This document shows, one piece after another, positions 18,148-27,176 of a stretch of 47,229 nt of DNA (positions are counted from its first letter, which is position 1; every line of letters begins with the position of its first letter). Origin of the DNA: a virus (taxonomy: Duplodnaviria; Caudoviricetes). The notes beneath the pieces are model-generated. The model saw only the letters and a program-made list of their open reading frames with translations. It was not told the origin of the DNA and made no database searches. A program made the translations under genes and the position numbers. The stretch spans positions 1 through 47,229 of the IMG/VR virus record IMGVR_UViG_3300020569_000004; one strand, written 5' to 3'.

Positions 18148-18510
18148 CTACTTTACTTTCCTCCAGAACTCAGCAATATCTAACACCCATTCAGTCGCTT
18201 CGTCTTTGAAGTTCAGAGCAACAACCAATCCGTTCTGTATTCGTAGAACTTTCCACTCTTTATAGGTTTTGCCAATCTCAGGCAGTGGATACGCAGCATT
18301 TACCTCAAGAGGAACCTTATCCGTAACAGCCTGATCAATGTAGTACAGGAGCCTGTCAATCTCCTGCACGGAGCGAACGTACTCAGCCTCTTCCCAAAGC
18401 CTGAACTCCTGCTGGTCTTTCATTATGTCGCCCCGATGTTTTATCAGGGCAAGGCGCAAGGTGTTTGCGCGTATTTGGTTGTCGGGGGCGGGATTAAATA
18501 AAGTTGCCAT
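18148..18510 (-). CDS. Hypothetical protein
   Basis: 120-aa ORF, pyrimidine-rich leader. Confidence 0.65.
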   Translation of the reverse strand: MATLFNPAPDNQIRANTLRLALIKHRGDIMKDQQEFRLWEEAEYVRSVQEIDRLLYYIDQAVTDKVPLEVNAAYPLPEIGKTYKEWKVLRIQNGLVVALNFKDEATEWVLDIAEFWRKVK

Positions 18511-18547
18511 TGAAGGGAATTGGTGATGGGGGGCGGGAAAATGTAAA

Positions 18548-18934
18548 CTAAATGATCACTCGGGGATTATAGCACGGCATACTAAAGCCAAGCTCAAACT
18601 CAAAGACCACTAAGTAGATAACCTTGTAAATTTCCTCCATCTCTTTTTTCGCCCCCGGAAACTTTAAGGCAAACTTTTCGTATCCGCACAGGTCTTCTTC
18701 GTGAATTTCCGCGATGTCTTCAGCATCGGGAATGTCGCTGGCCGCGTGAAACATCAAATCATATTCATCGAAGCTAAATGCAAGCAGGCCCATGCCACTT
18801 GTAAACGTCAAGCTATACTTCTTGCAAAAAGGAACAACTACCTGATCAAAGTATTCTCTTGCTAGATTGTCAACCTGCTGATTGGCCTTCTCTTCTATTT
18901 TTTCAATCTTTTTCTGTATCTTATCAGAGTCCAT
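18548..18934 (-). CDS. Hypothetical protein (resembles 26835-27176)
   Basis: V.PFCKKYSLTFTSGMG vs LEPFCKENEIDFISGAG. Confidence 0.6.
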   Translation of the reverse strand: MDSDKIQKKIEKIEEKANQQVDNLAREYFDQVVVPFCKKYSLTFTSGMGLLAFSFDEYDLMFHAASDIPDAEDIAEIHEEDLCGYEKFALKFPGAKKEMEEIYKVIYLVVFEFELGFSMPCYNPRVII

Positions 18935-18968
18935 GACGAGGATTGGCAGAGGGGCAAGAAACTGTAAG

Positions 18969-19238
18969 CTAAACAACCATGTCAGAAAACTGCTCGTCTA
19001 TGATTCTTGAAGTATAGGCATCTCTGTTCTTTTCATCATCGTACCAGTCGCTAAGCTCCTTCATATCTTGTTCGTGCTGCAGCCTTCTCTGTTCTGCGTC
19101 ATGCCTCTCCTGGAGTCCTTCCAGTTGATCGGCGACTCTATCAACTTTGTACCAGTCCTTCAGTCTTCTATAGCGCTGCAGCAACTTCTCGAAGTGAGCA
19201 ATCTTTCTAGATAGTTCAAGCATGGTGGGACTTTCCAT
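18969..19238 (-). CDS. Hypothetical coiled-coil protein
   Basis: 89-aa ORF. Confidence 0.6.
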   Translation of the reverse strand: MESPTMLELSRKIAHFEKLLQRYRRLKDWYKVDRVADQLEGLQERHDAEQRRLQHEQDMKELSDWYDDEKNRDAYTSRIIDEQFSDMVV

Positions 19239-19283
19239 GGGGGCAAAAGAAATGATGGGGGGCGAGAAAATACAAGTTAAACG

Positions 19284-19811
19284 CTACTCAATCATCCAGC
19301 CATCGTGCCACGCCCTGGCTTCTTCAATCTGCTGCTTCATCGCAGCACATAAAACCCTGGCTTCTTTCTTGTTCATTTTTCGTGGCTCCGCCTCAAAGTT
19401 TACATGGCCATGACAATCAAACAGCCTCTGGTAAAAACTTGCCCGATGCACGGGATTTGAAGAAGTGGCTTCAAACACAAGTTCCCGAACAGACGTGCCA
19501 ATAAAACTTGCAAGCGATTGCAAATCTTTTTCTGTTCCAAACCATGCAGGATGATCCACATGAAAAGGATTGTCAGATAGCGCGATGTATTCGCCCTCCC
19601 GACCCTTGATGGCCGTCAACCTTTCGCAGAGAATTGTGTAACGCTTCCAACTTGTAGGATCGCCATAGCGATCACTTCCCTCTGGCTCAAGAATCAAAAG
19701 CTCGGGATCGTAGCAACCCCTCTTATCCACAAGAACAAAAGCCCCGCCGTGAACAAGCGGGGTAGCATCACCGATGTTGGCGATGCAATGAAAAGAAGGC
19801 TGATTGGTCAT
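19284..19811 (-). CDS. Hypothetical early protein
   Basis: TAGATCA-ATG start; IANIGD.TPL.HGG.FV motif. Confidence 0.7.
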   Translation of the reverse strand: MTNQPSFHCIANIGDATPLVHGGAFVLVDKRGCYDPELLILEPEGSDRYGDPTSWKRYTILCERLTAIKGREGEYIALSDNPFHVDHPAWFGTEKDLQSLASFIGTSVRELVFEATSSNPVHRASFYQRLFDCHGHVNFEAEPRKMNKKEARVLCAAMKQQIEEARAWHDGWMIE

Positions 19812-19873
19812 TGATCTAAAAAGAAATTGTGCAGTGCCTATCTCCGCTGAAGGCAAAAGGCTTGTGAGAAAAG

Positions 19874-20239
19874 TCAGCAGGAAAAGAAAGCCCTGATAGA
19901 AGCGATGAGGGCTGAGCGTGGGGCAAAATCATACGCCCCAAAGTCAAAACACAACACCTTGCCATTCTTATTGGAAACTGTAAACTTCCATCGCCCATCT
20001 TGTTTCCTGATCTCAAGAACGACGCCATTCTTATGGGAAATGATTTCACGGGTTTCATCCATAGAGCGAAACCCATCTAACTTCCACGTTCCCCTAAGAT
20101 CCGCGTCGTTAAGTATCTTTAACCATTTATCAGCAACTCGCTGAAACTGATTTCGAGTGAAGGGGTCAGAATAAAATTCAATCTCACAATTTCCCAAAGT
20201 ACGGGAAAAAAGTTGCGGGTCAAAAGTCTTGACTGACAT
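19874..20239 (-). CDS. Hypothetical early protein
   Basis: First gene after promoter cassette P1. Confidence 0.65.
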   Translation of the reverse strand: MSVKTFDPQLFSRTLGNCEIEFYSDPFTRNQFQRVADKWLKILNDADLRGTWKLDGFRSMDETREIISHKNGVVLEIRKQDGRWKFTVSNKNGKVLCFDFGAYDFAPRSALIASIRAFFSC

Positions 20240-20267
20240 AATCTGAAAAAGAAATAAATGAACAGAA

Positions 20268-20335
20268 AATAGGCAGGCCTCGGCCCACCTGTCTTAATTA
20301 TACCCTATGCAGAGGGCGCTGTCAAGCACAAATAA
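20268..20335 (-). promoter_or_regulatory. Early promoter-stem-loop cassette P1
   Basis: TTGACA (20325-20320), 17 bp, TATAAT (20302-20297); leader hairpin AGGTGGGC-CGAG-GCCTGCCT. Confidence 0.9.
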
Positions 20336-20366
20336 ATCATACTTTCATTTTCCCGCCCCCACACAA

Positions 20367-21062
20367 TCAGTAATAGTCGCGCTCGTCAATTAACTCTGCT
20401 CTCATTGCAGAAATATCAACAATCAACTTTGCCTCATCGCCAACTTGAACATCGCCCATCAGCCACTTATCGCACTCTTTTGCGATAGCTGGAAACAGGT
20501 AATCAGACAAGTCAAAGATGCTCACGGAAGAAAACCTCTTCCTGAACATCTGGACTCCCTTACAGGTCCAGCCAACCGTGGAATCTACGTCGAAAAGATC
20601 CTCAATCTTTTTCTCGCCCCGAACCGCAACATTGCTCTCGTCAGTATATTCGTCCCATGCTTCTTGCAGTCCGCCCATCACAGATTTCCTGATGCTGCCC
20701 ATCATTCCCGAGTCCCTGAGAAAACCTCTGCAGGGTTTCGCGCAGAAGGGCTCGGAGCTTATCAGGCAATGCCTCGCCAAAGAAGCAATATCAGACTGAA
20801 GGTCGTCAATCGACAATTGCCTTCCGCCCCGATTCATGTAGCCGTGCTGGATTCTCCCAGCAAGAAAACCTCCTAGGGCCAACAATTCATCGATGATTCC
20901 ATTGGGATGAGCGGTTGCAGGATGCTCAAGAACGTCGTGAGCAATTTGTTCACCGCTCAGGCCGGGCTCAAAGTAATCCCGGCCGTTCAGGCCTCTAACA
21001 AAAACAATTCCAGGATTGCCTGTTTCAAAGTGTTCTCTGATCTGAAGCCTGTAAGTCTTCAT
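20367..21062 (-). CDS. Hypothetical protein with possible zincin-like AHDVLEH..DEL.ALG motif
   Basis: 231-aa ORF; motif read by eye. Confidence 0.6.
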   Translation of the reverse strand: MKTYRLQIREHFETGNPGIVFVRGLNGRDYFEPGLSGEQIAHDVLEHPATAHPNGIIDELLALGGFLAGRIQHGYMNRGGRQLSIDDLQSDIASLARHCLISSEPFCAKPCRGFLRDSGMMGSIRKSVMGGLQEAWDEYTDESNVAVRGEKKIEDLFDVDSTVGWTCKGVQMFRKRFSSVSIFDLSDYLFPAIAKECDKWLMGDVQVGDEAKLIVDISAMRAELIDERDYY

Positions 21063-21089
21063 GGGTCTTGAGAAATAAGTGGAAAAGAA

Positions 21090-21512
21090 TCAGCAACTGA
21101 GAAAACTGTTTAGCACAAAATCTACATCAATCATCTGCCCCGACTTGTCGTAGTAATCCACACCCGCAGAATAGGATTTAGTGTCTTCAACAATCCAGAC
21201 AACCTTCATAAAAGAAGAGGTTTGCAGGCAGGAAAAATGATGCGAAAGAAAATCAAAAACAGCTGAGTTGTCATTAAATGACTCGTCGGTCGAATAGCCA
21301 ATCTGAAGAATACCTCGATCAAGACTTAGGTAGCCGCTGATATTTTCGACAAACTCATCCGAGTCGTCGCCAAGATCATTGAGGTCGTCAGTGATTTCTT
21401 CTGGATGATTTACCAAGTAATCGTAGACGGACAGCGCAATTTCGCCGACACTTGCAAGAGAGGGCGGAATAGAACAGGTGGCCGAAGCGGAAGCAAAAAC
21501 TACAGAAGCCAT
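21090..21512 (-). CDS. Hypothetical acidic protein
   Basis: 140-aa ORF. Confidence 0.65.
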   Translation of the reverse strand: MASVVFASASATCSIPPSLASVGEIALSVYDYLVNHPEEITDDLNDLGDDSDEFVENISGYLSLDRGILQIGYSTDESFNDNSAVFDFLSHHFSCLQTSSFMKVVWIVEDTKSYSAGVDYYDKSGQMIDVDFVLNSFLSC

Positions 21513-21570
21513 GGCTCAAAAAAGAGAAGAAAGAAAAGTCGCCGCGAAGACGGCTTGCGAACAATGTGTT

Positions 21571-21735
21571 TCAGTTGGTAATTTCAAACTTGTATTTGCA
21601 AACCTCTTCTGCATCATGATCAGAAAACGATGCTCGACCTTGCCATTTCTTTGCCTCAATTAAACCCCAGACATCTTCCAGGGCGATTAGCAAATTTTCC
21701 CTAGTGTCCGCATCAATGGAAACAGTCAGCTTCAT
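21571..21735 (-). CDS. Hypothetical 54-aa protein
   Basis: TAGATCAA-ATG start right after cassette P2 (MKLTVSIDAD...). Confidence 0.65.
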   Translation of the reverse strand: MKLTVSIDADTRENLLIALEDVWGLIEAKKWQGRASFSDHDAEEVCKYKFEITN

Positions 21736-21761
21736 TTGATCTAAAAAGAAAAAACGACAAA

Positions 21762-21830
21762 AGAGTGACAGACCTTGCCCGTCACTCCTTAATTGTAACA
21801 CATGCAAGGGGCGGTGTCAAGTACAAATAA
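21762..21830 (-). promoter_or_regulatory. Early promoter-stem-loop cassette P2
   Basis: TTGACA (21820-21815), 17 bp, TACAAT (21797-21792); hairpin GAGTGACGGGC-AAG-GTCTGTCACTC followed by a U-tract. Confidence 0.9.
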
Positions 21831-21863
21831 ATCGTACTTTGTTTTTATCCGCCCCCAGCAAAC

Positions 21864-22160
21864 TCAACAATGCGCGTCCCAGATTTCAACAAGAGTTCGA
21901 TTTAATTCGGCATCCGAGACATTGGCGAACTGAACTTTCATTGCTTGCCCGTAGACAGTATCATCCAGAACAAACTTTTTCCACTCCTGGAAAGTCTCAA
22001 AATTGCCGATCTCTTCAACAACAAATGTGTGCTCGTTGTTGATTGTATAATCAACCATGCGCCCAATCGCTTCTGCGAGATCGCAATTTTCATCAAGAAG
22101 AAGTGAGGCGAGAGCGGAGGGTTTGGGGCGAGAAACAGGCGAAAGACCAAAGTCGTCCAT
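21864..22160 (-). CDS. Hypothetical acidic protein
   Basis: 98-aa ORF. Confidence 0.65.
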   Translation of the reverse strand: MDDFGLSPVSRPKPSALASLLLDENCDLAEAIGRMVDYTINNEHTFVVEEIGNFETFQEWKKFVLDDTVYGQAMKVQFANVSDAELNRTLVEIWDAHC

Positions 22161-22210
22161 GAGATTAAAAGAAAGAAATGATTGGGAAATGAGGGGGGGC
22201 GGAAATAAAC

Positions 22211-22564
22211 TTACTCGTAGTGGGGCCTTTCTTCAGGGAAAGGCTTAGCAAAATCCTCCTCGAAGTAACTCACAAAAGAGTTGTCCTGCTGGTAGGTACT
22301 TGGGGTGTCTGAGCCAAGCACAAATGTGTAACCGCCGTAGCCAGTATCTTTTGGCGTTGGCGGCTTACCATTCGTGTAGGCTATTGTGGCTTTGCTTCTC
22401 AGCTCATGCCGCTCTTCGCTTGGGACTCTCTCAAAAAAATCCTCAAGGTCTTCGTCTGAGTAGAAAACCGATTGAACTGGTGTTCCACAAGTAAACCACC
22501 ACCCTCCTTCTTCTGGGCCACCGTAAGCTTCCCAGGTTTCGTAAGTGTTGAGATAGACAGTCAT
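22211..22564 (-). CDS. Conserved phage hypothetical protein
   Basis: Y....AYGGPEEGGWW motif and P..FPEERPHYE C-terminus; CAGATC-ATG start. Confidence 0.75.
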   Translation of the reverse strand: MTVYLNTYETWEAYGGPEEGGWWFTCGTPVQSVFYSDEDLEDFFERVPSEERHELRSKATIAYTNGKPPTPKDTGYGGYTFVLGSDTPSTYQQDNSFVSYFEEDFAKPFPEERPHYE

Positions 22565-22617
22565 GATCTGAAAAGATAAAGTGCTTGATTTGATTTGACT
22601 TGCGAGGCTCCCGCTAT

Positions 22618-22956
22618 TCATCCATAAACAATTTCGCCGAAACAAGCAATTTGACAAATCACATCAGCAGCATCTGCATCAATATCGGAATAATCCCCAA
22701 AGACGGCAGATTCAATTGAGCGTCGAATGTCTCTTCGGCAATCAACCCGCCTGGCGAAGATTGAGGCGACAGCCTCCTCAGCCGCTTGCTGAGTAATTAC
22801 ATGCTGGACAGACTCCTCATCAATAATCATGTAAACACGGTCCTCCCTGTTGACATGTCCAGACTTCGCCCAATAGCCAATGGAATATCCGGCGGTATCG
22901 CAAATACCCTCGAAGTCGTCCCAGGAAATTTTGAAGTCTAAGGTAATGAGAGTCAT
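22618..22956 (-). CDS. Hypothetical protein, paralog 1 of a tandem pair
   Basis: ISWDDFE.ICDTAG..I.YWA...IDADAAD.I.Q.ACFGEIVYG. Confidence 0.8.
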   Translation of the reverse strand: MTLITLDFKISWDDFEGICDTAGYSIGYWAKSGHVNREDRVYMIIDEESVQHVITQQAAEEAVASIFARRVDCRRDIRRSIESAVFGDYSDIDADAADVICQIACFGEIVYG

Positions 22957-23009
22957 GATCTGAAAAGATAAAGTGCTTGATTTAATTTGGCTTGTGAAAC
23001 TATTGCTAT

Positions 23010-23354
23010 TTACCCATAAGCAATTTCTCCAAAGCAAGCATACTGAAAGATGATACTAGCATCCTCTGCATCAATTTCACTGTATTCATTTTCGAGTACC
23101 GCAAGTTCGATAGACTTCCACGTTGCCTCAATGCAAAACTTCTTGCGATTGAAGAGATCAGCAATAACCTTCTCGACCATTGCCTGAGAGATGTGATGAT
23201 GCGTCAACTCCTCGTCCACAATCGTGAACATTCGATCCTGTTTGTTGATGTGCCACTTGTGGGCCCACCCGTCGATACCGCCGAAGCCAGCGGTGCAGCA
23301 AAGATCCTCAAAATCATCCCAAGAAATTTTGTAGTCCAGAGAAATAAGAGCCAT
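23010..23354 (-). CDS. Hypothetical protein, paralog 2 of a tandem pair
   Basis: ISWDDFE.LC.TAG..I..WA...IDAEDAS.I.Q.ACFGEIAYG. Confidence 0.8.
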   Translation of the reverse strand: MALISLDYKISWDDFEDLCCTAGFGGIDGWAHKWHINKQDRMFTIVDEELTHHHISQAMVEKVIADLFNRKKFCIEATWKSIELAVLENEYSEIDAEDASIIFQYACFGEIAYG

Positions 23355-23391
23355 GGCTTGAAAAGCGTGGGGGGCGGAAATTAAATAGAAA

Positions 23392-23823
23392 CTAGAAAGG
23401 GGGCTGAGACTCTCTGAGGTAAAATCCCCCAGATTCCCAACAAACAACAGAATCTTTCGTCGCCCAATCCGTTTTGATTCGGGCATAATAGTCGCCCTCA
23501 AGACCTGGCGTTAATTCGCCATCAATTTTGAGTTCTCCACAGAACTCTTCTTCAACCCAGGCTTCAACCTGTTCCCTGAGATCAAGCGTGGAATCTTCGT
23601 CAAACTCCACAACCCACTCTTGCCCAGTTCGGCAATCTTCCACAAGAAGATAGGCCTCGAACGGACCTTTTTCTTCGTCGTCCTCTTCCTGCTCGGGCAG
23701 AATAAACTTGTAAGTTGCCGAGCCCTCAGCAACTTCCAATCTTATCCACTGCACTGGGCAGCTTGAGATCCACTGCTCAAAATCTTCCCCAGGAAAACCA
23801 TGGGGCCAGAGATCGTTTGACAT
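23392..23823 (-). CDS. Hypothetical highly acidic protein
   Basis: 143 aa, Glu/Asp-rich; FEQW..SCPVQW motif. Confidence 0.65.
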   Translation of the reverse strand: MSNDLWPHGFPGEDFEQWISSCPVQWIRLEVAEGSATYKFILPEQEEDDEEKGPFEAYLLVEDCRTGQEWVVEFDEDSTLDLREQVEAWVEEEFCGELKIDGELTPGLEGDYYARIKTDWATKDSVVCWESGGFYLRESQPPF

Positions 23824-23856
23824 GATAGAAAAAGAATGAACAGCAAAAGACAATGG

Positions 23857-24012
23857 CTAGAAAATGTCTACATTGTTTTCGTCGCAGACATTCACAATCT
23901 CGGTGCCGAGAATGTCTTCGTGCGTAAAACTGTAGTCAAGGTTTTCCGCAACTTCATGCGGATCTGCTTCGTCTTTGATACGAATTTGCACAGTCAGGTG
24001 AATTGTTTTCAT
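23857..24012 (-). CDS. Hypothetical 51-aa protein
   Basis: Not in the ORF track; MKTIHLTVQIRIKDEADPHEVAENLDYSFTHEDILGTEIVNVCDENNVDIF; first gene after cassette P3. Confidence 0.65.
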   Translation of the reverse strand: MKTIHLTVQIRIKDEADPHEVAENLDYSFTHEDILGTEIVNVCDENNVDIF

Positions 24013-24032
24013 GATAAAAATGAAGAAACAAA

Positions 24033-24100
24033 AGATGACAGACCTTGCCTGCCATGTCTTAATTGTACCCTACGTAGGGGCGAATGTCAAGTACAAACAA
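24033..24100 (-). promoter_or_regulatory. Early promoter-stem-loop cassette P3
   Basis: TTGACA (24090-24085), 17 bp, TACAAT (24067-24062); hairpin ATGGCAGGC-AAG-GTCTGTCAT. Confidence 0.9.
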
Positions 24101-24133
24101 AAGAGACTTTTACTTTTCGCCCCCGACGAACAA

Positions 24134-24496
24134 TTAAACGGCGGAGCAAACAGAAGAAGCCTGCTGCCACAAAGAAGAAGCAAGCTGCATTTCCTCCGCA
24201 AAAGAAAAACCTTTCACGCCCAAGAAAAGCTCATCAAGAGCGCATAGGGCGTGCATGTATCTCAATGTCCTCCTGCCAGATTTTGAAGTGTAATAGCTAC
24301 AGGAAACAAAGAAGGGGTTGGTATGCCTGTTGGCAGCCAGGAAAACTCTGGCAACTCCTTTCAGGTCGAAAAACAGAATGCCGTTTTTCTTGACCTGAAA
24401 AGTACCAGAAGCTGTAGACGGTCCCTTAAACAAAGAATCAACAACTTGCGATTGATTCTGAACAAAGAAAACTCTTTCCGAAGTTGATAAAATCAT
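24134..24496 (-). CDS. Hypothetical protein
   Basis: CAGATCA-ATG start; 120 aa. Confidence 0.65.
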   Translation of the reverse strand: MILSTSERVFFVQNQSQVVDSLFKGPSTASGTFQVKKNGILFFDLKGVARVFLAANRHTNPFFVSCSYYTSKSGRRTLRYMHALCALDELFLGVKGFSFAEEMQLASSLWQQASSVCSAV

Positions 24497-24523
24497 TGAT
24501 CTGAAAGAATAAAAAGCGAAGAA

Positions 24524-24835
24524 CTAATCTTGGAGGCGAAGGTCTCCGATCAGAAAAGACCTGCTGGGAAAAAGAGGATTTGCAGCAATCTCCCTGGAAA
24601 GGTTGTTGCAATAATGAAGGTAGTGATTTTTTGTTGTGTCATGCCCTTTCATTAGCTGAACGCTATAAAGAGAAAAGGCAGCAATACCATTCCAAGCAAA
24701 AGAGCTGATTTGATTGGCAAGAATTTCAGATCCGGGGCCAGAAAGATTAAGCCTGTTGGCGAGCCATCGCCCGGTTCTGGTCCCATAAAGATCCTTGAAT
24801 TTCTCAAGGCCATCTCTGGTGCGAAGATCAATCAT
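24524..24835 (-). CDS. Hypothetical protein
   Basis: 103-aa ORF adjacent to the upstream gene's stop. Confidence 0.6.
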   Translation of the reverse strand: MIDLRTRDGLEKFKDLYGTRTGRWLANRLNLSGPGSEILANQISSFAWNGIAAFSLYSVQLMKGHDTTKNHYLHYCNNLSREIAANPLFPSRSFLIGDLRLQD

Positions 24836-24837
24836 TG

Positions 24838-25371
24838 TCAGAAAACCTTCTTGTCATTTTCCACACTGAAACATGAGTATGGCATTGGGTTATCTGAGTC
24901 AAACCAATCAGGCCCCAAGCAATACGTCATAACCTCGCCGTCACTTTCCAAATGTCCGGCCCCCGGCGCACACGGCGAGCAAAACCCGCAGAGCGCATAA
25001 AACTTAGACTTGGTTACGAAAATATCGCCGTCAGAGCAAACAGTAAAAGTCACATCATCGTCAGAGTATTCGTATCTGGTACAATCACCAGTAGACTCAA
25101 AACTCAGATTCAGCTCTTCTACAATTTCCTCTGCAGCCTGCCTGCAGTCAAAACCAGAATCATAGTCTGCCAAGACAGATTTCAGGCTGTTGGTCAAATC
25201 CTGAGTCAATCCCTCAATGCCATCTTTGTAATCCAGGTCTGTGCCCTTGCTGGTTATTTCATCCCAGACATGAGAGGCAAGTCTGTTGCTGTTAATCACC
25301 CCATAGCGAATACCTGTTTCGCTGTCAACATTTGTCGTTCCGTGGCCGTAGTCAATTCCAGAAAGTGTCAT
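24838..25371 (-). CDS. Conserved phage hypothetical protein
   Basis: GIDYG.G.TNVD.ETGIRYGVI and CSPCAPGAG.L motifs. Confidence 0.7.
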   Translation of the reverse strand: MTLSGIDYGHGTTNVDSETGIRYGVINSNRLASHVWDEITSKGTDLDYKDGIEGLTQDLTNSLKSVLADYDSGFDCRQAAEEIVEELNLSFESTGDCTRYEYSDDDVTFTVCSDGDIFVTKSKFYALCGFCSPCAPGAGHLESDGEVMTYCLGPDWFDSDNPMPYSCFSVENDKKVF

Positions 25372-25405
25372 GACGAGAAAAAGTAAATGAAAAGAAACAG
25401 AAAAA

Positions 25406-25723
25406 TCAAAGCCGAGAAATTTCCTTGAGCTTCTCGACAACATCGTCAGCCGTCAACCAGCCAAGCACATCATCCGTTACAGATGTTTCGTAAGTCAGCC
25501 GAAAATCCCTGGGATCTTTTTCGTCCTTGACGATTACAGCCAGCTCGTAAAAGCCTTCGCGACCGCCGTAAGAATAAGAGTGCCTTACGACGCTTGCGCC
25601 GAATCCATTGCGAAAGAAGATAACCGCTTGGTCGCCATCATGGGCTTTGTAGTGTTCCGCACTAGCGACAACATTGTCAAGCTCGGTAATTGAAAAACTG
25701 GAGGAAAGAACGATTGGAGACAT
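25406..25723 (-). CDS. Conserved phage hypothetical protein
   Basis: F.NG.GASVV....SYGG..G.YELAVI..Y.T.VTDDV.GWLT..DV motif, common in phage early regions. Confidence 0.75.
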   Translation of the reverse strand: MSPIVLSSSFSITELDNVVASAEHYKAHDGDQAVIFFRNGFGASVVRHSYSYGGREGFYELAVIVKDEKDPRDFRLTYETSVTDDVLGWLTADDVVEKLKEISRL

Positions 25724-25763
25724 GGCAGAAAAACAAGAAGAAAGAAAATGAAAAGAATTGAAA

Positions 25764-25937
25764 TCAGCGCCCAACAATCTGAAGACGACAAGAAACAGTC
25801 TTGTCTCTTTGCTCACACTGCTGCATCAGTTGCTTCTCTTGATTCCAGAGAGAACCCAGAACTAAAAGAGAAACTGCAAGAGCTGCAAGGCTCACAGGAA
25901 ACTTGTTGCTGGCGAGAAAGTCGTTGATGGCTTGCAT
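25764..25937 (-). CDS. Small membrane-anchored protein, 57 aa
   Basis: Not in the ORF track; MQAINDFLASNKFPVSLAALAVSLLVLGSLWNQEKQLMQQCEQRDKTVSCRLQIVGR. Confidence 0.55.
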   Translation of the reverse strand: MQAINDFLASNKFPVSLAALAVSLLVLGSLWNQEKQLMQQCEQRDKTVSCRLQIVGR

Positions 25938-25978
25938 AATGAAAATGAATTGATTTGAATTGATTTTGGCTTGTGAAA

Positions 25979-26296
25979 CTACTTGTCGTAAAAAGACTGC
26001 AGATAATTGGTCTCGGAAACCTCGTTGATTACCAAGCGAAGCGACAAAACACGCCTGTCCTCAAGTTCGCTGTACTTAGCTTCGAGCCCACCAGCGGAGA
26101 TAGCTGTCTTTTGCCAAATTGCCTCTCTGCACAGCCGAGAAGCCTGTTCCCTCAGATCTTCAACAAGCGGAACTCTGTATTCGCTGGTTCCAACAATCGC
26201 CCACTTCCAGTCAAGAAAAGAAAAAATAGACTGGATCTTGTCCCAGTTGACTCGATCAACCACAAGGTCGATCAATTCGTAATCTTGTTTTGTCAT
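25979..26296 (-). CDS. Hypothetical protein
   Basis: TAGATCA-ATG after cassette P4; NWDKI...M/F.FLDWKW..VP...L motif. Confidence 0.7.
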   Translation of the reverse strand: MTKQDYELIDLVVDRVNWDKIQSIFSFLDWKWAIVGTSEYRVPLVEDLREQASRLCREAIWQKTAISAGGLEAKYSELEDRRVLSLRLVINEVSETNYLQSFYDK

Positions 26297-26320
26297 TGAT
26301 CTAAAAAAAGAAAGTGAACA

Positions 26321-26390
26321 AAGACGAGCATACCTTGCCCGCCATGTCTTAATTGTAACACATGACGGGTGCGGTGTCAAGCACAAATAA
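26321..26390 (-). promoter_or_regulatory. Early promoter-stem-loop cassette P4
   Basis: TTGACA (26380-26375), 17 bp, TACAAT (26357-26352); leader contains GGGCAAGG. Confidence 0.9.
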
Positions 26391-26403
26391 AAGCAGCTGC
26401 AAG

Positions 26404-26799
26404 TCAAAGATAATTAAATGCCCAATGATCCAAATCCTTCATTGGCAGCCTCGAAAGATCCCCATGCCTTCTGTAACTCTCAACGACGTGATCCGCAAAA
26501 TCAATTGCGTGCTGAGCCATGAAGAAGTCTTCGCCTAAACACCAGTTTGTTTGTGACAGACACTCATCAAAACGAAGGTCCTTGATGATGCAAAGTAATA
26601 CATAAAAGGTTTCAGTGGCCTCGTGGCTGTCAAACTCTTTGACACAGAAAGTCATTGTTGATCTTTCCGCCCCCAATTGAAACACAGTGATCTCATCGCT
26701 GGCATGAAACCCCCCCTGAAAACCACGGGAAAGATTCGTCCAGACAAGTGGCTGCTCGGGGGCTTGATTCATTTTCGCCCCAAAATAACAAGTAGACAT
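26404..26799 (-). CDS. Hypothetical protein
   Basis: TAGATCA-ATG start; 131 aa. Confidence 0.6.
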   Translation of the reverse strand: MSTCYFGAKMNQAPEQPLVWTNLSRGFQGGFHASDEITVFQLGAERSTMTFCVKEFDSHEATETFYVLLCIIKDLRFDECLSQTNWCLGEDFFMAQHAIDFADHVVESYRRHGDLSRLPMKDLDHWAFNYL

Positions 26800-26834
26800 T
26801 GATCTAAAACGATTGAATTGAGTGAAGTGAAAAA

Positions 26835-27176
26835 TCAGAAAGGGATGTTGATGTAACTTCTTACGTGATTGCCAAATCGACGACCATTAAGAAGCTCCCT
26901 GTCGAGCACAAAGAATAAATCCTCCAACTTGTCCCCAAGTGCTAGCCAGTCTGGTGGAAGGGAGTCAATTTCCGCCGGCCTCTCAACAAAGAAACCTTCC
27001 GATGGGCGATGAAAGAAATACTTTCCCGCCCCAGAGATGAAATCAATTTCATTCTCCTTGCAGAAGGGTTCCAGCGTGCTCTCTCGAAAGAGATTTGCAG
27101 CACTTTCAATGCTCTTGATGTAAGCAAGGTTTGCCTGTCGTATTTGAGTGACGACAAACTCATCATGAACATTCAT
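26835..27176 (-). CDS. Hypothetical protein (resembles 18548-18934)
   Basis: ATGA-coupled to the upstream ORF. Confidence 0.6.
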   Translation of the reverse strand: MNVHDEFVVTQIRQANLAYIKSIESAANLFRESTLEPFCKENEIDFISGAGKYFFHRPSEGFFVERPAEIDSLPPDWLALGDKLEDLFFVLDRELLNGRRFGNHVRSYINIPF

